A DNA stretch of 64,000 nt, taken from the NCBI GenBank assembly GCA_003990765.1, contig RBNJ01000012.1, positions 1 to 64,000 of the forward strand, in the 5' to 3' direction. Position numbers and translations under genes: made by a program. Positions 37,668 through 51,380 of the stretch are shown here, one piece after another. Each line of letters starts with the position of its first letter. Positions within the stretch are counted from its first letter, which is position 1. Origin of the DNA: Jimgerdemannia flammicorona. Its lineage: Eukaryota. The notes beneath the pieces were generated by a model. That model was given only the letters and a program-made list of their open reading frames with translations. It did not search any database and was not told where the DNA came from.

Positions 37668-40600
37668 CTAGAAGACTATTATATAAGAATTATAGCTAGA
37701 TCAGAACTCAGTATTAACTATTACTTATATATTAGTACTGATATCATTGATCCTGATTATTATAGATAAGTTCAAGTCTTATCAATCAGAAGAATTAAGA
37801 TTATTCTATTAAAGAAGGAGAGTGAGTTGTGCAAATAATTCTAGAAGAAGTAAGCCAACTTAAGGATACAAAAGTTCAAGAATTATCATCAAGTAAGATC
37901 AGAAAGGCTTTAAAAGTACAGACCAAGTAGTAAATATATCTGAGAACTAAGCTCAAGCTATACTTATCTTCAAAGATCTAGTTAAGAAAAAGAAAGTTCA
38001 AGTACTCATTAATAGCAAAGTAGCTAGTAACTTTATCAATTAGAATTTTATTAAAAATCTCAAGATTCTCACTAAGCCTGTACCTAAAAATAATAGAGTA
38101 ATTATAACAAATAGTATACTATATTCTATTGAATCAATTGTAGCCAAACTACTCATTAAGATTCAGAAATATTAAGAATGAGTTAACTTTAAGATCACAT
38201 CTTTTGAAGATCATAACTAGATCTTAGAAAAATCTTAGCTTATGAAATATAATTCAAATATTAATTTGAATAAGAATAAAGTCACCCTATTATAAGATAG
38301 AGTCAATATTACTATTAAGATAGATAAGCCTATATATAAGATATAGATTGTAACTCTATCTGTAATATAATATAAAAAAGTACTCAGAAAGGAATATATA
38401 CTTTTATTGCTATTGTCTGATTTAAGAAGAAAGACAAGAAGCTATTAATCAATGAAAGTATTAAACTACTACTAGATAAATTCAAGGATATCTTTTCAGA
38501 TAAGCTATCTGACCTACTATCTGTATAAGAAGTAGATTATGAAATTGAACTGGTACTATATAAGTAATATATATACTATATATTATCTCTTAAAATAGAA
38601 GCAGTTAAGAAAGAATTAGAAAAACAACTTATCTAAAAGTCATTTAACTTATCAAGTTATCCTTTAGCTCACCAGTCCTTTTTGTCAAGAAAAAAAATAG
38701 AACTCTATAGACTATCATATACTCAACAAGATCATAGTCAAGAACTAATATCCATTATCTCTCATCAACTAAATATTTGATATTCTCAAGAATATCAAGT
38801 ACTTTACTAAGCTAAACCTTATGTCTAGATATCACTAAATATAAATCAAGTTAGAAAATATCTCCAAGACTACTTTTATGATCCTCTTTGGACTCTATGA
38901 ATTTCTGGTCTTAATATTTGATACTTGTAGTATTCCAGATATTTATAAATAAGATATTCAAGAATTAACTTTTTATTTTTCTATTAGTATATCTTGATAA
39001 TATCCTGATCTTCAGTATAACTAAAGAAGAATATCTCAAGTACATCAGCCTTATTTTGAAAATCCTATAAAAAATAAGTTATATATTAAACTCAAGAAGT
39101 AAGTTAAATATCTTGATTATATTGTCTTTACATAAGAAATTCAACTAGACTTATACAAGATATATATAGGTAATCTAAGAATTGTCTGAACTGATATATC
39201 TTACAGAACTTGGATCTTTTCTTAGCTTAGCTAACTACTATTACTATATTATTAGAAACTTTTTTAGGATTGCTAAGTCTCTCACAAATCTAATAAAGAA
39301 GATATTATATATAAAATACTATATATCTTATCTTTTATATCAATAAATATTTCAAAAACTTAAGAACAATATGATCAATACTTTGCTATTGTAAAATTCT
39401 GATTTAAATCTGAAATTTACCATAATTATGAGAGCTTTCTTTAGGGTGTAATTCCTTAGCATATCCTTTTTTTAGTTTATTGAGATTGGTAGAAAAGTAC
39501 ATTAATATTGTTGTGAGCTTTTCCTGCTTTGTGAATGATAGTGATTTTATAATCTTGTAGGATTAGGATCTAGCAGGCTAAGATACCAGTAGATTTCTTA
39601 TAGTTGAATAGTCATTTAAGGACAATATGATTAGTTATCAGAGTGAACCTTTTTCTGATTAGATAGTATTTGAACAGAGTGATTGCCTATATAACTATAA
39701 GGTATTCCAGTTTATTACTATAATAATTAGTTTGCTGCTAATTAGTATCTCAGCTTATATAAGCTAATATAGTAATGTTGATTTCTTAGATTAGGACTGC
39801 TCTAAGACCATCTTTAGAGATATTTATATATAAGATAATTGGTATCTATAGATTGAATTATATAAGGATTGATACTATAGTTATATAGTTCTTGAGTTTT
39901 CTGAAGACTAGTTCTTATAGTTCTATCTATTTATATAGTACTTCTTTCCTGAGAAAGATTCAAATTAGAATAGCAATTTGAGCAAAGTTCTTGATAAATC
40001 TTCTATAATAAGATACTAGTATTAGGAATAATAGTGTTTTCTTCAGAGTCTTAGGTACTGGCCAGTTATTGATCTTCTCAGTTTTCTTTAGATCTGTATA
40101 GATTCCTTCTTTAGAGACTACAAATATAAAAAATTCAAGTTTCTGTTTTTCAAAGTAGTATTTCTTATCTTTGAGTCTCAGGTAGTTCTTATAGATAAGC
40201 TCAAAGATTTCTTCTAGATAGTGCAGATATTCTTCAAAATTTACTGAATAAATGTTAGAATTGTTTATATATATAATTAAGTAATAGTGATTCAGCAGGC
40301 TGTAGACTGAGTTCATTATTCTTTAGAAGGTGGGAGTATATTGCAGAGTCTAAAGAGTATTTGAAGGTATTCAAAAAAAATTTCTAAAGTAAGAAAAGTT
40401 GTTTTTTATATGTTCTCAGAGTCTATAGAGATTTTGTGGAGTTCTATAAAGAGGTCTATACTGCTGAAGTATCTGGTATCTTGTAATTGGTTTAAGAGGT
40501 CATTAATTCTAAGCAAGGGATAGAAATCTTTTTCTGTAACTCAGTTGAGCTTTCTATAATCTATGCAGAGTCTCTATCCTCCTTTCTTAGATATAATAAA

Positions 40601-42394
40601 TATAGAACTAGTCCAGAGACTGATAGAGGGCCAGATAACTCTATTGTCTAAGAGTTTCTAAATGTATTCTTTCTTGAATATCTTTAGATGATGGGGTATT
40701 CTATAAGGCTTCTGCCAGATAGGTGTTGTATTTTCTGTATTTATACTATAGTGATATAATAAGTTATATGGTAAATTACCATAGTCTATAGTAAAGATAT
40801 CTTGATAATTATAAAGGTGTTCTACTAGTTACTGTTATTACTGAGATATTAATTCTTCTTCACTATTAGTAGAAGGCTTTACCTTTTTCTAAGTTACAGA
40901 GAGATCTTTCTTTTCTTCTAGGATCTTTTACTATTTTCTGATAAGTTTAGTTTATAAACTTCTCTGTATATTCAATTGAGATAGGGCACCAGATGGTCTA
41001 TAATAATTTCTTTTGGTGAAATGAGGCTTTCCTAGCTTTGGTTGATTGTCTGAGAGTATATAGGGTTCATTTTGTCAGAAAATATATATCCTTCTATATC
41101 CAGGTTCTTGATATCCTCATTGAGTTTAAAAAAAGATTTCAAGAATAGTCTGCTCTCTGGATTCTAGAATGAGATTTTTATATAGCTTGACTAGTAGGTA
41201 ATATACTTAGTGAGGAGTATTTTTTTAAAAATAGTTAATATAGAGAAGGTATGCTTCTTTCTTATCTAAGCTTCCAAATTCCTTAGTTTGTCTTATATCT
41301 TGAGTCAGTTTGGAGATCTCTTGTAGTTGGAGAGTCTTATCTTCATGAAGATTGCTTGTTCAATCTTTTTTTCTTTATAGATTCAATACTATTTTATACT
41401 ACTATTATTTAGGATGATCTTGATTTTGCCTATATATCTAGATTCTATTGTTCTATCTTTTATAGTTATTTCTTATCTAATAAGTCCAGATATTGAGGTC
41501 AGTTGGATGTAAGTTTCTTTAGGCAAATATATAGCTAGTTCTATACTAAGTACTATTATTCTTTAAAACTTAATAGATTCATCTCTGAAAATATAAAGAT
41601 CATATCTTTGGTGAGCTTTTGTTAGAGGTTTGGCCATTGGATGTAGAAAGACATACTGAGTGATATCATTACTAAGTATGGATTATTCTTGAGCTGAGAC
41701 TCTTATAGAAATAAGCCCCCAGACTTTAAGGTTAATATGTGACCATCTGACTCTAGTAGAGGGATCTCAGAGTTAATTGATCCTCTTTTTTTCATAGGAT
41801 CTAAGGCTTTCATGAAGTTGATGATATCTTCTATCCATCTTGATAGATTGCATATCCAGAATATCATCTCTCAGATTATAGATCTTGAGAGCCTTCTTCT
41901 TTGGTTTTTAGTCTGATTTCTTCAGATCTGAGCTCTGTCATCTCCTTTCTTCAGTATATATTAGTAAAATTTTGGCTGAGGTGAATCTTTAGATATAGAT
42001 AGTATTGGTAGTTTGTATATTTTCTATAATTATAATATCTCATTACTTGAAAATATAGTTCTCAGCTATTGACTTCTTACTCTCTTAGAAATCAGTATCC
42101 ATCTCTATTATAAGTTGGGAGAAGAGTGGCTAAAGGCTATACTTCTATTTGGGTGAAGTGATCTTATCTATTGGCTCATCTTTTCAATATTGTGGTGATT
42201 TCTTAAAAGATAGTTATTTGTACAATTGTGATTGAGGATCCTGGTCTACAATGCCTTTATCTTTCTTATTAGTCTAATAGGTGGCACTGATAGTAGTAGT
42301 CTCAGAGAGAGCAGAAGACTTTTTGATACTAGTATCTTCCTAGCCAAAAGGCTCTTTCCTGGTATATTTCTTGTCTTTAGACAATAGTGACTAT

Positions 42395-42950
42395 TAGTGC
42401 TCCTAATGAGTCAATTTAATCTGGATTGAATTCAGATTGTTTCGGATTGAATCCCATCTGGATCAACTTTGATGGGATTCGAATCTCATCTGGATGGATT
42501 CAAATAACCATTATTTTGATTTCCAAATTAGATAATTAAATGTTTACATCAATAACTTGATGAATAATCATCTAAATTTGATGATCTTGGTGTCATTTGA
42601 AAGCCCTTAATAAGACCTATCTAATGATGCTGAGAACATTGAAATCAGATCATATATTGTTGAGGTATAAAGGAAAATGTCTGAATAGCCAATTTTGGAA
42701 ATTTCATCAAATAGAATGTTTTCCTTAATATCTCGGGAATGCATAATCCTATTTTAATGTTTTTGATATCATTGGAAAGGTCTTATTAAGGGCTTTCAAA
42801 TGTCACCAAGATCATCAAATTTAGATAATTATTCATCAAGTTATTGATGTAAACATTTAATTGTCTAATTTGGAAATCAAAACAATAGTTGATTCAAATC
42901 CATCCAGATGGGATTCAAATCCCATCCAGATTGACTCGTTTGGAGCACTA
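42395..42950. mobile_element. hAT-like MITE, nearly fully palindromic
   Basis: TIR tagtgctcctaatgagtcaat / attgactcgtttggagcacta; 8-bp TSD gtgactat / gtaactat; long internal inverted arms. Confidence 0.88.
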
Positions 42951-45900
42951 GTAACTATACTTGATCCTTCTTCCATATTTTAGAGATCATTATCTTCTGG
43001 TAGTATCCAGTGAGAGTCATCTCAGAAGATGAGTTCAGAGAGTTCCTCCTATTCAGAATCTTCTTGTTCAGAGGTTTCTTCTTCAGATATATCTTGACTC
43101 TAGATTGCTTATACTTCTGCAGCTTTAGTTGTCATTATCTTTAGAGAGTAGTTGCACTTTTTCTTTTCTTTACTCAGAGTAGGCTATACTAGATAAATTT
43201 CTTTTTCCAAAAATCTTAGAGGAATGTTCAGAATATGTATGTCTTTTGAGACAGATGGAATATCCTATAACTTATTCTGCAATAGCTCTAATTATGACAG
43301 AGATAGTATACTTGTCTCATATATTATCTTCTGGTCTATCAACTACTAGGTTGATTTATGGGTTGAGTCTGAGATCATTTTTATCTTTAGATTCTTCTTT
43401 TTTCTCTATAGTAGATTTTTTACTATTAATATATTCTTTCTGAATAGTGATCTTCTTCTCTTCTTTGATTACTTATAACTACTCACCTTGATTCTATATT
43501 TCTTTCCTCTATAGTCAAATTTGAGCTCTTATTGATCAATCTCAATAACTATATTTATTTCCTTCATCTAGTTGATACTAAGGATCATATAATAAATAAT
43601 AGCTTTAGTAATAATAGCTTTTGAAATAGAGAACTGAATGGGTCTGAGAGAGATAGTGATATTTTATACTTCTCCAAGGGGTTAGGTTTGGCCTCTATTT
43701 GCTACTATAATACTGAGATTAGATAGTCTATTAATAGACTCCTAGAGAGTTTCTAGAAATGATTAGGCAATAATACAGATAGCTATACTTATATAAATAA
43801 GGATTTTCACCTTTTGTCCTCTAATATCTCTATACAGATATGTGCTGACATGTCTTTCTATAGTTTGAATAATAGTTAATACTAGTTCTTATTATGGAAT
43901 TGAAACTTGACCAGTACTGGACCTAGTGGTTCTCAATAGTTAGTTTTGAACTCCAGCAGATATCAGTTATAGAAATTGCAGGACAGAAACTTCCATCTTA
44001 GCTTCTTAAATCTTTTGTCAGACTTAATTATAGATATCTCTGGGTATAGTCTTTGGGGTATACTTCATCTTAGGCTTCAGAATAGTAGACTCTTATTTAT
44101 CTTACTTTATTTCTTTATTCTCTAATAGTAGTTCATTTGTTTCAAAGACAAAATATGAGAGAGACCTATGAGGTATCTCAACTTGTTTCTCTTTGTCTCC
44201 TTTATCTTCTTTTTGGATGATTCTTCTACTGATATTTTGGAATGGTCTTCTTACTGGTATTTTCTTTTTTTTAGCTAGGTATACTGTTTTTCTAGTAATA
44301 ATCTTAGTTAGATATAAGTCTTAATCACTGTAGTCTTCACTATTACTTTCTTCTTCAAAGTCTCCAATAGAGTGAGCTTTAGTCTTCTTGTACTAGATTT
44401 CATACTTATAATTTGATAGCTCTAAGTTCCTTCAATTACTTCTTCTATTATCACATTCTATAGCTTAGTATCTAAATTATCTACTGTAAAAACATTGAAC
44501 CTGGGCTCTGTCTCAGACTGGGTATCTTCTTTCTTCTTATGGCTGATAGTTTCTATTATCTCTGAGTAGATAGTCTTGATTTTTTCATAATATATACCCT
44601 CTGTTGTCCTGTGAGTAGCTCTAATTTTTATGTGAGTAAGTTTTTGTTTTTCTCAACCAATCAGTCCAATTAGGAATTGAGGTCTTGGATTTCATTTCTC
44701 TCTTTCTTCCACTTCTTGGCTGGCTTTCCTTCTTCTGGTTTTCCACATTCTTAAAGGAGTCCTTACAGGGTTTTGACCAGAGGTCTTTTTTATTATCTCT
44801 CTTATTATGATCATTCTAGGTAGTTTCTTATCTGATATCAAAAAATCCTTGAGCTGTATCTACTTGTTCTTTAGACTTTCTAATATTTAGAGTATAAACA
44901 TACTGGATACTGTTTGGAGAAATCTTATTCATAAATATTATTAGACCTATGATGCCTTAGTTAGTGGTATTGAACCTAGCTACAGATATTCTTTTTAGGA
45001 TTATTATAAAGAATGCTCTGGGTTATTTTTTGAAATTCATCTTCATTTCCATGATAAATTCTTAGACCTTATGGTAGGTTTCATTTCCTGTATATTTCTC
45101 AATAAGTTAGTGGATTATGGCTTCATATTCTACTTCCCAGGAGGATGCTATATGAATGGCTGTTCTAAGATCTGAATGTACATTATTTGCTACTTAGTTA
45201 AAAATCCCCTTAGCTGGTTCTCTGAGTTGGATCTTGTAGATAGTAATATTTTACTATGCAGAGAGATTCTTTAGAGCTATAATTTCTTCAATTCTATTAA
45301 AGTATTCTCTTGAGTCTTCTTTAGAGTATTTTGCAAAGATTTGCATTGAGGTGGTTATTTTGTCATCACTGTTTTCTAGTTCTAATTCTGATTCTGATTC
45401 TAGTTCTGAATCACTTTTGAAGTTATTGCTAGAGCTTAGAATACTTGAGTATTTTAAAGATAGTATTATTAATCTTGGACAAGGTACAGTAGGTCTGGGA
45501 ATTCTTAAAGAGGGTATTTCTAGTCCTTCTGATTCTGTGGTTGCTAGTCATGATAGTGGTTTGAAGGAAGAAACTTAGAGCTTTTGTGGAAAACCAGGAT
45601 TGTATAATAAGGTCTTCTAATTTTTATATAAGCTTATTGAAGTTTCTGATAGAGCTGTCTGTATTGTCTGATTGATCTGGTGGTAGGTCTGTTAGTACTG
45701 GTTGAGATTCTTCTAATACTGGGTAATTGGTAAGTCTTGAGGTAATTATTTCTCTTTTTGTTTAAATGCTGATGATGACTTGTTCTCCTATGGTAGCAGA
45801 GATTAGTATTGTATCAAATATATCCAGTTTGGCTGTTGGGTTCTTGTGAGCTGAAAAGTCATATAGATTTAAAGAAATCTATTCAGTTGAGCTTTTAAAT

Positions 45901-46033
45901 ATAACATACTAGCTCAATGAAAGTAAATTACAAGATCAGGATTACTATGTGGTTTAGCTTAAGCCCTTAGTTTTTTTGTCAAAAAGCAACAAAATGTTCA
46001 ATAGTTTCTGGTATCCTTATTGGTGTTTAGTAG

Positions 46034-47541
46034 TGTAATGTGCCTGGCTCAATGGAGGCAAATTACAAGGTTGGGGGTTGATGTAGTTTGGCTTGAGCCC
46101 TCAGTTACTTTGTTAAAAAGCAATAAAATGTTCTAAGATTCCTGAGGTCCTTGGTATTTAGTGGTATAATAGTCAAGATCTGGATATCTGTGAGTGGTTT
46201 CCTTATTGGGATGGTTCTCTGAGTGTAGTGGCAATTTGTGTCTTTCCTTCTTGGGTCAACTGGGAATGGTAGAATTTGTGTGTAGTATGAGCAGTTTCCT
46301 TCTTGAGTAGTGGGTGATTTCTGTATAGCATGACAATCTTATACATGATGGTCTGGCAATTTAGCAGTTCTCCTTATGTGATTTCTGTATGATGATCTCT
46401 GTGTAGCATGGGCTTCCTTATACAGGACATTCTGATAATTTGGCAGATAACTCAATTTGGCTTACTGGGAATAGTATGGCATAGATTCTTTGAATTGAGC
46501 TCACTAGGAACAAACTGATAACTCAGATGTTGCAGGTTTTCTGGGAATGCAGATGACGTGTAAATGGCAGATAACATGGATTCTCCTGAATTGGTAGACT
46601 TCTTGAAAAAAAGGTAGCTTCAACTGGGAGTAACTTGGATAGCATAAGTTCTTCCAGATCGGGCTCTTCTGGGAATGTGAACAACTGGTGGCATTCTTCA
46701 GGAAAGAGTTTCTTGGCAAAGTTATGTCAAAGACTGGCTTCATTTGCATGGGGTTACATCATAGACTGGCTCCACTGCGAAGTTGCATCAGAAAGACTGG
46801 CTTGTGGCAAGAAAGGCAGGTTCTCTGAGAATGCAGTGAATAACTTGAAAATGATAGATGACACGGATTCTTCCTGAATCAGTGAAGTTCTTGAAAATGG
46901 TGGCTTATTCCTTAAGCAGCAGATTACTCAAAAGGCAGCAAAGTTCTTCTTTGAACTTGGCAGAAAATCGGCTTTGTATCGAAAAGTGGACCAGAGTGGA
47001 AAGGAGACCAATGCTCAATCTTTAGAGGCTTCTTTGGTGTTTGTATTTCAGACTCATTCTTTATATCAGAAAGTGGACTGGAGTGGGGAAATAAGCTCAC
47101 AATCTCCTAGCAGTGGCTGTAGAGTTCCTCTTGAAGTGTAGCAGGCAGACTTGTCTTTTGCTTCAATTTCAGACTCATTCTTTGTATTGAAAAGTGAACT
47201 GGAGTTGAAATGTATTCTGAATTTCAGACTGAGGTTTATTCACTCTTGTCTCTGGGGTAATTTATACATTGTGGTTGCTATCTGGTTGCTATCTGACTAA
47301 CTATAGAGTGCTATTTATGGGGTGATATTCACTGTCAGAGTGACAGCTACTGTCAGGGTGACAGCCACTGTCAGGGTGACAGCTACTGTCAGGGTGACAA
47401 CCACTGTTCACATTATTTCCTTCTTTGGCTATCTGGTTATTTATACATCTTCTGCAGCAATGGTTGCTGATTACTATGCTGTACTAATGTTCACATCACC
47501 TGATCAGGTTTCAAGATTGCTACATCTTGTAGTTTGTCACA
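46034..47541 (-). repeat. 3' LTR (1508 bp)
   Basis: Direct repeat of 55105-56550. Confidence 0.95.
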
Positions 47542-47580
47542 TCAGCCGCCACTAAAGGGTAGTCTGTCTCAGACTATTCT

Positions 47581-48087
47581 TTAGTCATCATTCCAATAAG
47601 CATAGGCATCTTCTGCATCTATACCTGTTCCATCATCTTTATTGTCTGTACTGGGGTCACTCCATTCTAGCTCTGGATCTTCCTCTTGTTCTTCAAGAAA
47701 CAGGATGTCTACTTGTTGAAGGATACTCTGAAAGGTGGTCTCATTCATCTGATAGATGTCATTGAGGTGGAAGTGAGACTGCACCAGGGCTCCAATGTTT
47801 CATTTATACAGGGTGTAGATTCATTTGGCAGTTCTTACTTCTCTGAGAGTAATTCTGGCTGGGCTTCTTATATAAGGTTGTTCTGTCAATAACTGCCCAA
47901 TGTTGTAGAAGGCTTATAGATAGTGGATCCGAAGCAACCTTTGGGAAATGGCAAGGTTCTCTTGATGCTTCTGGATCAATTGTATGGAGGTTCCTTCAAG
48001 TTGACGAAACTGGGGCAGGGGAATTGGCAGGGCTTAGAAGAAGCTGAGAATGAGGGTCTGGAGGCATTGATCTATCCTCTGAGTCAT
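47581..48087 (-). pseudogene. Accessory ORF downstream of integrase (~168 aa, 4 transition-type stops)
   Basis: MTQRIDQCLQ...AFYNIGQLL...VRTAK*IYTLYK*...acidic tail; a single frame from ATG to TAA. Confidence 0.75.
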
Positions 48088-48094
48088 GGTTTGT

Positions 48095-49050
48095 GCAGGT
48101 ATATCTTGAGGTGATTGATGTGGACTGGTGTTCTCAGGGTTCGTCCATCCATGCTTCTTAAATAGATTCTGGTTCCTCTGATGTTGTGTACAAGATAAGG
48201 TCCTTCCCATTTTAGTTCCAGTTTGGTGGCAAAGTTTATTTCTATCATACTTCTCCAAACTAGTACTTGGTCTCCAATCTTGATCTCCTGATCTTTCTGT
48301 TTCTAGTTATAATACTTCTTTTGTCTTTCTTGGGCTTTGATAATCTGACCTCAGGCTTGATTTCATAACTATTCTGCCTTTTTGAGGAGGTCTCTGAGGT
48401 TCTCATGGTCAGCAGTTCTAGTTTTCTTAGCAAACATCATTTCGAATGGCTTTTATTTGGTGGAGGCAGCAGGGGTGTTCTGAATTTCCCATAGAATTTC
48501 AGGTAAGCAGAGGTCCCAATTGGTAGGATTGACTCAGGCAAGTCCTCTCTTGATGGTCTGGTTCATCCTTTCTGTCATACCATTGGTCTGAGGGTAGTAT
48601 TATGTAGTCTGTTTGAGGTGGATCTTGTGAATTTGGGCATAACTTGTGATTATGTTGTTGATGAATTCTGTACCTCGGTCAGAGATGAGTTCTTCTGAGG
48701 GTCCATATCTGAGTGTGAGTCCATGGAGGAGGCCTACAATGGTTAAGGCATCTGTGATTTCCATTGGAAAAGCCTCAGGCCACTTGGTCAGATGTTCTAC
48801 AAATACAAGGATATATTTGCGTCTTCTTGGTGTAACTGGTAGAGGTCCAATTATGTCTACTCTCCATCTCTGAAAGATGTTGTTTGGTGGTATGATTGGT
48901 TGCAGTGGTGCTTGATAGTTCTTTTTTCCTTGGTATTTCTGGCAGGTGTCACATTTCTTGAGTGTGTCCCAGACTTGTGTTCTGAGGTTGGACCAATGTT
49001 GGTATGTTGTTCGCAGCTTCTCTTCTATATTCACCTGTCCCTAATGGGCT
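48095..49050 (-). pseudogene. Gypsy integrase (zinc finger, DDE core, GPY/F)
   Basis: KKCDTCQ, VDIIGPLP, LISDRGTEF, KWEGPYLV. Confidence 0.92.
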
Positions 49051-49144
49051 TTCTGATGTTCTTTTCGGATGAGATATTCTTGTGCCTTGATGGTCTGAGG
49101 AGCTTCCTTTAGGGTATAGTTCCTCAGGACACCCTTCTTCTGGT

Positions 49145-50420
49145 TCATTGGGGCTGGCGGGAAAGTACATCAATATTGTTGTGGGCTTTTCCTGCTTTGT
49201 GAATAATTGTGATTTTGTAATCCTGAAGGATAAGGATCCAGTGGGCTAGGATTCCAGTAGATTTCTTGTAGTTGAATAGCCATTTGAGGGCTGCATGGTC
49301 TGTGATCAGGGTGATCCTTTTTCCAATGAGGTAATGCTTGAACAGGGTGACTGTCCATATGACTGCAAGACATTCCAGTTTAGTGCTATCATAGTTCATC
49401 TGCTGCTGATTAGTACCTCTGCTTACATAAGCTATCACATAGTGCTGTTGGTCAGGTCTTTCTTGAGCTAGAACTGCTTCTAGGCCATCTTTGGAAGCAT
49501 CTGTATATAAGATGAATGGCTTCTGTAGATTGGGGCACATAAGGATTGGTGCTGTAGTCATGTGGTTCTTGAGTTCTCTGAAGACTTTTTCCTGTGGTTC
49601 TGTCCATTTGAATGGCATTCCTTTCTTGAGAAGGATTCGGATTGGGGCAGCAATTTGGACAAAATCCTTGATGAACCTTCTGTAGTAAGATACCAGTATC
49701 AGGAATGATAGTGTTTCTTTCAGAGTCTTGGGTACTGGCCAATTGTAGATCTTCTCAGTTTTCTTTGGGTCTGCATGAGTTCCTTCTTTTGAAACCATGA
49801 ATCCCAGGAATTCAAGTTTCTGTTTTCCAAAATAGTATTTCTTTGCATTCAATCTCAAGTGATTCCTGTGGGTGAGCTTGAAGAATTCCTCTAGGTGGTG
49901 CAGGTGTTCTTTGAAATTTGCTAAATAGATATTGGAATTGTCCATATATATAATTAGGCAGTGGTGGATCAAGGGGGCATAGACTGAATTCATCATTCTC
50001 TGAAAGGTGGGGGGTGTATTGCAGAGTCCAAAGGGCATTTGGAGATATTCAAACAGTTTTCCTAGAGTAAGGAAGGCTGTCTTTTGAATGTCCTTGGGGT
50101 CCATGGGGATCTCATGGAATCCTGCAAAGAGGTCCATGCTGCTGAAGTATCTGGCATCCTGTAACTGATCCAAAAGGTCATCAATTCTGGGCAAAGAATA
50201 AGCATTCTTCTCAGTGACTGAGTTGAGTTTCCTGTAATCCACACAGAGTCTCCATCCTCCTTTCTTTGGTACAATAAGTATAGAGCTGGCCCAGGGGCTA
50301 GTAGAGGGTCAGATGACTCCATTGTCTAAGAGTTCTTGAATGTACTCTTTTTCGAATGTTTTTAAGTAATGGGGTATTCTATAGGATTTCTGCTAGATGG
50401 GTGTTGCACTTTCTGTATTT
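49145..50420 (-). pseudogene. pol: Gypsy RT-RNase H (365-codon stretch open; YMDN at the YxDD site)
   Basis: DYRKLN, LPRIDDLL, KTAF, MPFGLCN, FILYTDAS, LECLAV, TDHAAL. Confidence 0.95.
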
Positions 50421-50964
50421 ATGCTGTGGTGATATGATGGATTGTATGGTAGATTGCCATAATCGGTGGTGAAGATATCTTGATATTTGTTGAGAAGTTC
50501 TACTAGTTGTTGCTGTTGTTGAGGTCTCAATTCTTCTCCAATGTTGGTGGAAGGTTTCACTGTCTCCTGGGTCGCAGAGGGGCCTTTCCTTTCTTCTGGG
50601 ACCTTTTGCCATTTCCCAATAGGTTTAGTTCATAAACTTCCCTATGAGTTCAGTTGAGAAAAGGCACCAGATGTCCTATGATGGTTCCTTTTGACAGGAT
50701 GATGGTCTCCCAACTTTGGTTGGTTGCTCAGGAGTGTACTGGGTTCATCTTGTCAGGGAATGTGTGTCCCTCTATGTCCAGGTATGGGATATCTTCCTTA
50801 GGTTCAAAGAAAAGGTTTCTGGGGTCGGGTGGTGCAAAGATTTCGAAGGTAGTTTGTTCTCCAGGCTCCAGGATGAGATTCTTGTGCAGTCTGACTGGTT
50901 GCCAGTACACTTGCTGGGGAATATTCCTCTTAAGGTAATTGACTTGAAGGAGATGTACCTCCTT

Positions 50965-51380
50965 CCTGTCTGAACTTCCAAATCCCTTGGCTTGTCTTGT
51001 TCCTTCAGTTAGTTCAGAGACTTCCTGTAACTGTGGAGTCTTGACCTTTATGAAGACTGCTTGGGCAATCTTCTGTCCTCTAATGATTCAGTGCTATTCT
51101 GCACTGCTGTTGTATAAGATAACCTTGATTTTGCCTATATATCCTGAGTCAATAGTTCCTCTTTCCACTATTATTCCTTGTCTGGCAAGTCCAGACCTTG
51201 AGGTCAGTTGGATATAAATTCCTTGGGGTGACTGTATGGCTAGTCCAGTTTGGACCATGAAGGTTTTCCCAGGCTTGATAGATTCATCCTCCAGGCTGTG
51301 AAGATCATATCCTACATCCTTGAGGTGGACTTTGGTCGGGGGTTTGGCCTTGGAGTGCAGCAGAGCATACAGGGCAATAT
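50965..51380 (-). pseudogene. dut: dUTPase domain within pol (one internal stop)
   Basis: All five trimeric-dUTPase motifs: VGYDL, SRSGLA, GTIDSGYIG, KIAQ, RQAKGFGSS. Confidence 0.93.

Larger units (their letters stand above)
23777..39430 (+). mobile_element. Old, heavily mutated Ty3/Gypsy element (5' LTR ~23777-24690, gag, protease, RT, start of RNase H), interrupted by two LINEs and 3'-truncated
   Basis: TGTGACAA start. Degenerate protease (VLINSKVASNFI ~38000) and RT motifs (KN.YPL, KT.F, YEFLV, VYLDNILIFS ~38990). LTR end and LTR-to-internal linkage are uncertain. Confidence 0.7.

Noticed and set aside
37585-37668. Poly(A) plus (TA)n as a telomere or assembly artefact
   Set aside because: Explained as a LINE tail preceded by AATAAA and followed by the TSD, with slight TA slippage
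46504-46749. LTR-internal ORF duplicated at 55528-55770, and the VRVTAT ORFs (47322, 56349)
   Set aside because: Similarity is explained by LTR identity and an 18-bp DNA repeat; no independent coding evidence
47581-48087. Post-integrase ORF as an env gene
   Set aside because: Short, with no signal peptide, transmembrane segment or furin site visible
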